In this document: one piece after another, positions 56,768 to 64,000 of the stretch
Numbering within the stretch: the stretch's first letter is position 1
How the letters are laid out: every line of letters starts with the position of its first letter
Assembly: GCA_018819345.1 (NCBI GenBank)
Contig: JAHJQG010000064.1
Coordinates: 33-64,032, forward strand
From: Nanobdellota archaeon
GTDB taxonomy: Archaea; Nanobdellota; Nanobdellia; Woesearchaeales; CG1-02-33-12
Direction of reading: 5' to 3'
DNA length: 64,000 nucleotides
Notes under the pieces: generated by a model
Databases searched by the model: none
Seen by the model: only the letters and a program-made list of their open reading frames with translations
What the model was told of the DNA's origin: nothing
Made by a program: the position numbers and the translations under genes

Positions 56768-58465
56768 TTACATTCTTTCAGGGGCCTCTATTCCAAGAAG
56801 ATTAAGGCCATTCTTTAGAACCTGCCTTATGCTGTCTATCAAAAGAATTCTTGTGTTTTTTAGTTCTTCTCTTTCCTTTAGAATCTGGTGAATGTGATAA
56901 AACTCATTAAAGCCTTGCGATAAGTCAAGCAGATAACGAGAGATTAATGAAGGCTTGTATGAAGATGCTGCATTTTCAACAACATCTGGAAATTTTCCCA
57001 AGAGTTTAATTAATTCAGTTTCCTCTTTTTCTTTTAATAAAGATAAATCTGCTTTATCAATAAAGCCCTTGTCAATCCTTTTTCCAAACTTTCTCAAAAT
57101 GCTGCAAATACGTGCATGTGCATACTGGATATATGGGCCTGTTTCTCCCTCAAAGTCCAATGCCTTATTTATATCAAAAACAATTGTCTTGTTATTATCC
57201 TGGTTAAGCATGCTGAATTTCATGGCAGCCACTGCAATCTGTTTTGTGGCTTTTTCTTTGTCTTTTTCAGGCCATTGCTTGTGCCTTTTTTCAACTTCTT
57301 TTGATGCTTTCTCAAAAATCTTTTTTGACAACTCAAAATAAAGCACTATATTGCCAAGCCTTGATGACATCTTGCCCTCTTTTAACATGACAAGCTCGTA
57401 TGATAAATGGTAGCATTTCTTTGCCTGCTTAAATCCAATAATCTCAAGTGTTTTGAATAATTGTTTTAGGTGAAATCTTTGCTCTGAGCCAATAACATAA
57501 ATAGACTTGTCTATTTTATAGTCATCAAACTTTTTTTTGGCTAATGCAAAATCCTTTGTTGAATACAATGATGTGCCATCGCTTTTTAATAGCAAAAAAA
57601 CCTTCAGCCCATATTTCTCAAGATTAATTATTACTGCCCCATCGCTTTTTTCTGCTATTCCTTTCTTAAGCATATCAAGCACGATTTTCTTTCCAGGCTT
57701 TTCAACCTGGCTTTCAAAAAAGAAAACATCAAAATTTATTCCAAGTTCTTTGTATATCTTATAAAAATCCTGCATACTCCATTCTTTTGTTTTTTCCCAC
57801 AATTCAGTTAATTCCTTATTTCCATCTTCAAGTTTTCTTTGAATCTTCTGAATCTCTTTTTTATATTCTTCATTTTCTGCAACTATTTTGCTTGCCTCTG
57901 TGTATATTGAGCCGAGCCATTCCCCTTTATTTGTTTTTGGCTCCTTGTTTTTATAAAATTTTAAGTAATACCATATGCACTTAGCAATATGCGCCCCAAT
58001 ATCACCTATATAGTTTGCGGCAACAACATCATACCCATTAAATCTCATAATCCTAACCAAAGAGTCTCCTAGTGAGGCATTCCTCAAGTGTCCTATATGA
58101 AATCCCTTGTGGGTGTTTGGCTGTGAAAATTCTATCATAACCCTTTCCTTTTTTTTCTTGGCTTTTCCATAATCATCTTTACCACTAGAAATATTGTTTA
58201 AGATTAACTCTGCCAGAATGCTTTCATTAACAAAGAAATTAACATACGGGCCTGTGCTTTTTATCTCTTTTATGTATTTGTTTGGCTTGAGCTTTGATGC
58301 TAAATCCTTTGCAATCTCAATAGGGCTTTTCTTTAGTTGCTTTGCGAGGCCAAAGCATGGAAATGCATAATCTCCCAGCTTAGAATCTGGTGGGGTTTCA
58401 AGCTCTATTGAACCATTTACCTCTTTTTTCAATAGATTAATAATTGCTTCCTTAAATACCTGCAT
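56768..58465 (-). CDS. argS: arginyl-tRNA synthetase
   Basis: HIGH motif PNTHKGFHIGHLRN, class I architecture, 565 aa. Confidence 0.9.
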   Translation of the reverse strand: MQVFKEAIINLLKKEVNGSIELETPPDSKLGDYAFPCFGLAKQLKKSPIEIAKDLASKLKPNKYIKEIKSTGPYVNFFVNESILAELILNNISSGKDDYGKAKKKKERVMIEFSQPNTHKGFHIGHLRNASLGDSLVRIMRFNGYDVVAANYIGDIGAHIAKCIWYYLKFYKNKEPKTNKGEWLGSIYTEASKIVAENEEYKKEIQKIQRKLEDGNKELTELWEKTKEWSMQDFYKIYKELGINFDVFFFESQVEKPGKKIVLDMLKKGIAEKSDGAVIINLEKYGLKVFLLLKSDGTSLYSTKDFALAKKKFDDYKIDKSIYVIGSEQRFHLKQLFKTLEIIGFKQAKKCYHLSYELVMLKEGKMSSRLGNIVLYFELSKKIFEKASKEVEKRHKQWPEKDKEKATKQIAVAAMKFSMLNQDNNKTIVFDINKALDFEGETGPYIQYAHARICSILRKFGKRIDKGFIDKADLSLLKEKEETELIKLLGKFPDVVENAASSYKPSLISRYLLDLSQGFNEFYHIHQILKEREELKNTRILLIDSIRQVLKNGLNLLGIEAPERM

Positions 58466-58484
58466 AAGAAAGATATTTTTCTTT

Positions 58485-59144
58485 TTATTTATTAATGTTG
58501 CTATTACTTAATTTAACACAATAATTTATCAATGCATTTCTGATATGAAAAATATGTTTTTCCTTATACATCTTTTGATCTGCAATATTAAAAGCAGATT
58601 CAATAGCATTTTTTTCCAAGGGATTTATTAGTGCATAACCTGCTGAAATAGACATATTATAGTTTATGTCTTTTTTAGAATCTGTATTATATGAGTTTAG
58701 TCCATTGTTTAATCTCTCTCTCATTTTTTGTTCTGTAAGCGGAGTTGCGTTTCGAGTAATAACTATAAATTCATCTCCTCCAATTCTTACAACTTCATCA
58801 CATTCCCTGACTGAGTCTCTTAAAATATCAGAAAAAATTTTTAAAAATTTATCACCCTCAGGATGACCAAACTTATCATTTACATACTTAAGGTTGTTTA
58901 AATCAATTATGTAAAGTCCAACTTTTTGTTTTTTTTCAATAGATTCTTTAAATATATCCTCAATATTCTTATTATAATAATTAAGATTATAGAGCTTTGT
59001 TAGTGAATCTCTAAATGCTTGTTTTTTAAGACTTTCATTTTCTTTTTTAAGATTTTTAATCTCTTTATAAGCCTCTTTTAATCTTTCTTCTAAACTATTA
59101 ACACATAAAAATTTAAGTTCTTCCATTTCTTCCATTTTAGACAT
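58485..59144 (-). CDS. GGDEF-domain protein (diguanylate-cyclase-like) with an N-terminal coiled coil
   Basis: RDSLTKLYN(L)NYY, I-site-like KFGHPEGDKF, and the active-site RIGGDEFIV. Confidence 0.7.
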   Translation of the reverse strand: MSKMEEMEELKFLCVNSLEERLKEAYKEIKNLKKENESLKKQAFRDSLTKLYNLNYYNKNIEDIFKESIEKKQKVGLYIIDLNNLKYVNDKFGHPEGDKFLKIFSDILRDSVRECDEVVRIGGDEFIVITRNATPLTEQKMRERLNNGLNSYNTDSKKDINYNMSISAGYALINPLEKNAIESAFNIADQKMYKEKHIFHIRNALINYCVKLSNSNINK

Positions 59145-59254
59145 TTTATTGATTTTCCTTTATTCTTAGTTTTATAATAAGGAATATGTATAATAAGTAT
59201 ATAAATCTTTCTATTTTGTTACTACCTATTAGTTAATAATAAGTCTTTACTGCC

Positions 59255-59905
59255 TTAGTCTGCAATAACTTTCTGGATGTCTTCAAACTGGTCCTTGAAT
59301 ATATGGGCACTGTTTGAGAAGGTTGTTAAAGAGCCAGTTTTGCAATTAAGTTCTTTTGCAACATACTCCTGCAATACAAAAATCTGGTAGAAGTTGGCAG
59401 GCCACCCAAAGAACAAATCATTGCTTCTGACAATTGCAGTTACATTAAGCTTTTGATTTCTCATCTTGAAATCAAGAGATATCAAAGCAGGTATTTCTCT
59501 TTTGTATGATTTTGAATCTTCAGTGGGATTCCAAATACTTACAATCCCCCTTCTAGAAAAATTATTTTTTTTAATCAGGGGAATTAGGAAGTCATCTATC
59601 TGGTTTATTACATTATTAAAATTAAAGAGCCTTGGGCCATATGAAAAAGAATAAGTAGGAGATAGCTTTCTTGACATAATAACCTCAGCTATCTCATCTA
59701 TTGGAGGATAAACCCATTTCTTAAAGCTGTTAAGTATTTCAACTGCCCTTATAATATCTTTTTCAGGATTCTCCACTTTTATAACAAGGTTCAAGATTTC
59801 TCTGCAAACCCTGTTATTCTCATCTGTAAAATCCTTTCCAGACTCAAGTATGTATTTTAAGCTTGATTTCCATGCACCTATTGTTGTTTCAGATTTTATT
59901 TCCAC
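59255..59905 (-). CDS. thymidylate synthase ThyA-like protein lacking the catalytic Cys
   Basis: SRRGIVSIWNP aligns with RRIIVSAWN. VRSNDLFFGWPANF aligns with QRSCDVFLGLPFN. The P-C-H active site is replaced by P-A-L (EIPALISLDF). Confidence 0.55.
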   Translation of the reverse strand: MEIKSETTIGAWKSSLKYILESGKDFTDENNRVCREILNLVIKVENPEKDIIRAVEILNSFKKWVYPPIDEIAEVIMSRKLSPTYSFSYGPRLFNFNNVINQIDDFLIPLIKKNNFSRRGIVSIWNPTEDSKSYKREIPALISLDFKMRNQKLNVTAIVRSNDLFFGWPANFYQIFVLQEYVAKELNCKTGSLTTFSNSAHIFKDQFEDIQKVIAD

Positions 59906-59909
59906 ATAA

Positions 59910-61526
59910 TCACCTTATAAATGCTGTAAGCTTTAATTCAGACCCACTTACCTCAGAAAATTCATAGCAAAAGAAAGGAATTTTGTATGTTTTTAGTATT
60001 ATATTGAACTCACGGCATATATCCTTTGAATTTATTTTGCCTGTCCTGTAAAATCTTGCCCTATCGCCGCCGTCAAATGCCTGAAAAATCTCTTCTTTTA
60101 CACTAAGCATTTCCTTTACTTTTTTTGAGTAAAGGTCTTCCAGTTTCTTAATCTCTATTTTCTGTGGCAATCTCTTGCTAAAGTTAAATTTTGAGCCATT
60201 GAAAAGACATGAAAATGCAACCTTAAACCGTGTTGGCATGCCGCATGATTTGTAAATAGTTTCTTCTGATACACAAAAATTATCAATCTCTTCTTTTGTG
60301 CTTTTTATAAGCTCAATAACATAGTTTTGGTTTAGGTTTGGCTCTTTCCAGCCGTAATTCCAGAATCGAATATAATTTTTGCTCAAATTAAAAAATTCCC
60401 TTACATGAGGAAAAGTAAGTTTAACAATATCCTTAAAATATTCATCTGATTTTCTTCTTTGAAGAGAATTTGCATACAGGAGCGATTTAACTATGTTCTT
60501 AATAAATAACCTGAATTGGCTGATATTATTGTTTTCCTTAAAAAAGGCATTAACATCAATGCCAATTGTTGATTGTGAGCATGCAAGTCCATAACTTTTT
60601 TCCTGAAATTCTTTCTTGTAAACAAGCCATTCATTTTCATCAAAGCAATATGGGCCAGCCCTGCCAAGTATATATGGCGCTCCATGAAGATCCTGATTTT
60701 TTATGTATATTCTTTTTTTGAAATTTACAAATAGATTAATAACATCTTCAAAAAAATCAGAATTTTCTTGCAATTCTTTGCTTCTAACATCAAATATTAG
60801 GGTTATGTTCCTAGAATGAATATTGCAGTATTCCTTAATAAATTCAAGAACCTTGCTTATTTTTTCCTTTTCAATATTTGTTATGTCTATTATGCAGCTT
60901 AATCTTTTTCCATAGTCAACACATTCAGAATTAATCCTTCTAAGGAAAGACAAGGATTCTTTAATATCATTATTTTGTATTGCATATTCAAAATCATTTA
61001 AACCAATCACATCATTGATATTTGAGAAACATTTGTTTATTGTGTTGTATAATTCTTCAAGGCTTTTGAATTTTGGTGTTTCAAATAAAATTGAATTTAA
61101 CCTGTCTATCCATGTTGCTGGTTCAAAGCGTGCAGCAATATTTTTTTGCTCATATCCATCAATATGCATTGCAGGCATGCTTGGCTTTGATATGATAATT
61201 TTCCTTTTTGACTTATTAATAATAAGTTCTTCCCCGCCTTCTAATGCAAGAACAAAGTATTTTTCCCCTTTATTGCCTTGTTTGCTTATCTTTAGTATAT
61301 CTTCATTTACTAAGTTATTCAGATAATAAAGGATTTTTCTGTGAAGCTGGCCTTTTTTTCTCTTTGCATTATTAAGCATCTGCTTGTCTGAAAAAGGATC
61401 ATTAAGTATGTCCTCTATATTTTTATAATCTTCAGAAAAAATATTTGCTAATACATCTGTTGTGGACAATTCTTTTTCAGGATTTTTCTTAAAAAATAAG
61501 AGTAATTCATACTCTGTTTTTTTCAT
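59910..61526 (-). CDS. hypothetical protein
   Basis: ORF of 538 aa. Confidence 0.35.
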   Translation of the reverse strand: MKKTEYELLLFFKKNPEKELSTTDVLANIFSEDYKNIEDILNDPFSDKQMLNNAKRKKGQLHRKILYYLNNLVNEDILKISKQGNKGEKYFVLALEGGEELIINKSKRKIIISKPSMPAMHIDGYEQKNIAARFEPATWIDRLNSILFETPKFKSLEELYNTINKCFSNINDVIGLNDFEYAIQNNDIKESLSFLRRINSECVDYGKRLSCIIDITNIEKEKISKVLEFIKEYCNIHSRNITLIFDVRSKELQENSDFFEDVINLFVNFKKRIYIKNQDLHGAPYILGRAGPYCFDENEWLVYKKEFQEKSYGLACSQSTIGIDVNAFFKENNNISQFRLFIKNIVKSLLYANSLQRRKSDEYFKDIVKLTFPHVREFFNLSKNYIRFWNYGWKEPNLNQNYVIELIKSTKEEIDNFCVSEETIYKSCGMPTRFKVAFSCLFNGSKFNFSKRLPQKIEIKKLEDLYSKKVKEMLSVKEEIFQAFDGGDRARFYRTGKINSKDICREFNIILKTYKIPFFCYEFSEVSGSELKLTAFIR

Positions 61527-61705
61527 ACTACTTTAAAAGAACAACAAGTATATAAATGTTTTTGTTTCAGGAAAAAATATTTGTTTAATTGTTTTCTTTT
61601 TAAATGCTTCAGAATTTTTCTGAAACATTCAAATTTTCTTGCTAAAAAACCTTTATATTTCAATGAATCTCTGAATGAAGATATTACAAAAACCATAAAA
61701 AATAT

Positions 61706-62185
61706 ATGGAGGCCAAAAAAATGATAAATAAAAAAGATCTGATAGTTATTTCTTATTTGAGGCAGAATGCAAGGGAAACACTGACAAGACTTAGCAGAAA
61801 GACACATATACCTGTATCAACCATATATGACAAGCTAAAGCTGCATGAGCATGAGCTTATAACAAAATACACAAGCTTGCTGGATTTCTCAAAGCTTGGC
61901 TTTAACACAAGGGCAAATGTTATGCTAAAAGTAAACAGGGATAAAAGGGATGAAGTAAAGGATTATTTGATAAAAAACCATAATGTAAACTCTGTATGCA
62001 AGATAAACAATGGCTTTGACTTTATGGTGGATGTTATCTTCAAGCACATAAAGGATATGGAAGACTTCATAGAAAACCTTGAGCAAAGATTTGACATAAA
62101 AGACAGGCAGGTATATTATGTTATAGATGACATAAAAAGGGAATCCTTTATGAGTGATCCAGCTGTTTTAGAGATGATAGGATAA
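61706..62185 (+). CDS. Lrp/AsnC-family transcriptional regulator
   Basis: N-terminal HTH plus a C-terminal RAM domain. Paralogue of 62921..63391. Confidence 0.65.
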   Translation: MEAKKMINKKDLIVISYLRQNARETLTRLSRKTHIPVSTIYDKLKLHEHELITKYTSLLDFSKLGFNTRANVMLKVNRDKRDEVKDYLIKNHNVNSVCKINNGFDFMVDVIFKHIKDMEDFIENLEQRFDIKDRQVYYVIDDIKRESFMSDPAVLEMIG

Positions 62186-62369
62186 ATTCTTTTTTAATCG
62201 AATTTTTAAGATTATTAGTTATTTTCTTATTTCAGCAATTTCTTCATTTGAGAAGTTTTCTTGAAGGACTTTTCATCTTCCTTACTATATTTTATTTTTG
62301 ATTTTTTCTTCAAACATTTTCAATAATTTTCACATAACTTTATATACTAATGTTATTTCTAACATATTT

Positions 62370-62732
62370 ATGGCAAGATTTGAACGTTCAAGAGAAAGAA
62401 AAAGCAAAAGAGATTCTAAAGATAGTTATTCAAAGAGAGACACCAGGGGTAAGAGAAGTTTTGAAGACATTCATAAGGGTAGGAGAGATTCTGGCAGAAG
62501 ATCTAACTCTTACAGCAGAGATAGGCGTGATATTGAGATGACTAAAGTTATTTGTTCTTCTTGCGGTGCTGAATGTGAGGTTCCTTTTAAACCAACTTCA
62601 AACAAGCCTGTCTATTGTAATGATTGTTTTGCAAAAAAAGGTAAAGTTAGTTCTGATAGGGTTCCTAACAGAGATCTTGAAATAATTAATGAAAAACTTG
62701 ACAAAATAATGAAAGCTTTAGATATTAAATGA
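62370..62732 (+). CDS. Arg/Ser-rich protein with a C-terminal CxxC...CxxC zinc ribbon
   Basis: The start is moved to the internal ATG (MARFERSRERK...). An RS/RD low-complexity stretch is followed by CSSCGAEC...CNDC. Confidence 0.4.
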   Translation: MARFERSRERKSKRDSKDSYSKRDTRGKRSFEDIHKGRRDSGRRSNSYSRDRRDIEMTKVICSSCGAECEVPFKPTSNKPVYCNDCFAKKGKVSSDRVPNRDLEIINEKLDKIMKALDIK

Positions 62733-62920
62733 ATTAATTCTTCTATTTTTTTGCTAAGAATTATTTTAACATCAGCTCTTTTTTAGAGAGGAGGATTTTT
62801 TGTTTTTTGACAAGAAAAAGTGATTAAGCTAACTAATATGGAATATCTTCCGGAGTTCGCAAAAATTTCATGATTTTTTTTAGTAAAGCAATATAAATAT
62901 GTCCTTCTTATTGTTGTTAG

Positions 62921-63391
62921 GTGAGTTTATTGCTGACAAAAAAGGAGTTATTGATTTTAACGCATTTAAGAGCAGATTCAAGGAAAAGCCTTGCAATGAT
63001 AAGCCGTGAAACAAATATTCCAATATCAACAATATTTGACAAGGTAAATAAGCTTGGAAAAAATACAATATCAAAATACTCTCCTCTGCTTGACTTTCAA
63101 AAGCTTGGTTTTGGAATAAGGATTAACTTTATATTAAAAGCTAATGACAAAAAAAAGCAAGAGATTAAAGATTTCTTATTAACAAATAAAAATGTAAACT
63201 CCATATTAAGGCTTAATAATGAATTTGATTTCTTTGTTGAAGCAGTATTTAGGGATATGAAAGGGCTTGAAGAATTCTCTGAGAGCCTTGAAAAATTTAA
63301 GATAAAAAAGAAAAAAGAGTTCTTTATTATTGAGGATTTAAAGAGAGAGGAATTTCTTACAAAGCCAGAGCATATAAAACTATTAGATTAA
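62921..63391 (+). CDS. Lrp/AsnC-family transcriptional regulator, paralogue
   Basis: Aligns with 61706..62185 (LLDFxKLGF, FDF.V..F). Confidence 0.65.
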   Translation: MSLLLTKKELLILTHLRADSRKSLAMISRETNIPISTIFDKVNKLGKNTISKYSPLLDFQKLGFGIRINFILKANDKKKQEIKDFLLTNKNVNSILRLNNEFDFFVEAVFRDMKGLEEFSESLEKFKIKKKKEFFIIEDLKREEFLTKPEHIKLLD

Positions 63392-63392
63392 A

Positions 63393-63551
63393 TTATGAGT
63401 CCATTTCATCAATAACTTCATCTATGATTTTCTGCATTGGCTTTACTTTCTCTAAGGTTCCCTCTTTTCCGCAGAAAGGGCATGTCTTTGGTATTATATC
63501 CTTCTTTGGACTGAACTTATAGTTGCATTCCTTACAGCGCAGATTTAACAT
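63393..63551 (-). CDS. small zinc-ribbon protein (52 aa)
   Basis: Hand translation gives MLNLRCKECNYKFSPKKDIIPKTCPFCGKEGTLEKVKPMQKIIDEVIDEMDS. It is under 60 aa and so is not in the ORF track. Confidence 0.4.
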   Translation of the reverse strand: MLNLRCKECNYKFSPKKDIIPKTCPFCGKEGTLEKVKPMQKIIDEVIDEMDS

Positions 63552-63670
63552 AAAAAGAATAAAAAAATCAAAACTTATAAAGCTTTCGGATGAATTATGG
63601 GGCTATAAATAACTACATATTAGTGGTAAAAATAGAAAGATTTATATATTAGTAAATATGTTATAAGATT

Positions 63671-64000
63671 ATGGAATCATACAAGATTCAAAAAGTTGGA
63701 GATGAAAATATAAGATATATAAAAAAAGGGTTAGGTGAACCTCTGCTGTTTTTGCATGGATTTGGATTGGATGTTAAAAAATATGAAAATATTATAGAAA
63801 AGCTTTCTAATAAGTTTGAAGTTATTGCTCCAGATATGTATGCAATAAATTACTTGAAAAGTCAGCCTACATCAATAAAGGAATATGCTGGGTTGACATA
63901 TGATTTTTGTAACTCAATTAAATTAGGAAAATATAAAATTGTAGGTCATTCAATGGGTGGTGCTGTTGCATTTACAGTTGGAAATAACTCTTCAGAAGCA
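63671..64000 (+). CDS. alpha/beta hydrolase, 5' part only (continues beyond the window)
   Basis: HGFG oxyanion motif and the nucleophile elbow GHSMGG. Confidence 0.6.
   Translation, partial: MESYKIQKVGDENIRYIKKGLGEPLLFLHGFGLDVKKYENIIEKLSNKFEVIAPDMYAINYLKSQPTSIKEYAGLTYDFCNSIKLGKYKIVGHSMGGAVAFTVGNNSSEA

Noticed and set aside
1-64000. Possibility that the window is bacterial, given the MEP pathway, GGDEF, CspA, MATE and the ImmA/Fic genes.
   Set aside because: The window carries archaeal-specific genes: rps19e, rpl39e, rpl31e, Cbf5 with a PUA domain, RpoL, LonB with the membrane insert, Dph2, a PAC2-like chaperone and class-II archaeal ProRS. The bacterial-type genes are therefore interpreted as horizontal acquisitions.
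1-64000. CRISPR arrays or cas genes.
   Set aside because: No regularly spaced direct-repeat array was seen. The repeats found are the xerA-flanking 30-mers, the fic GTAGTCACC words and the four promoter elements, none of them with repeat-spacer periodicity.

Overview
This is a 64-kb window of AT-rich DNA, by eye about 30% GC, read as genomic sequence from an archaeon. Archaeal markers are present: ribosomal proteins S19e, L39e and L31e, Cbf5, RpoL, archaeal-type ProRS, a membrane LonB, XerA, a Dph2-like gene and a PAC2-like chaperone. The genome also carries several bacterial-type genes, consistent with a DPANN-like lineage that has taken up bacterial genes. These include a contiguous ispH-ispE-ispF-ispD-ispG cluster plus a polyprenyl synthase, a GGDEF protein, CspA with a DEAD-box helicase, and a MATE transporter. 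Housekeeping content includes two tRNAs (a partial one at the window edge and tRNA-Leu-CAG), proS, argS, a MoxR/DUF58/vWA cluster, the S19e-L39e-L31e operon, cbf5, rpoL and lonB. A tRNA-adjacent module at 148-4323 carries an XRE-ImmA/IrrE fusion, a DUF4411-like protein, Fic, an HD hydrolase and a histidine phosphatase. The most unusual region is a 16-kb array of co-directional genes on the + strand at 25171-41522. It encodes two paralogous JAB/MPN metalloproteases, a ThiF/E1-like protein, two paralogous cysteine-free small proteins with a C-terminal glycine, a transglutaminase-like protein, LysM membrane proteins and a B12-binding radical SAM enzyme. A single in-frame TAA separates the E1-like gene from the first JAB gene, and 85 open codons upstream of the E1 ATG carry a second degenerate Rossmann motif. 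Four genes in the array share a conserved upstream DNA element of about 33 bp. I interpret this as a candidate, previously undescribed archaeal ubiquitin-like conjugation or defence-type system. Other oddities are a ThyA homologue lacking the catalytic Cys, an N-terminally truncated Dph2, direct repeats flanking xerA, and GTAGTCACC repeats flanking fic.
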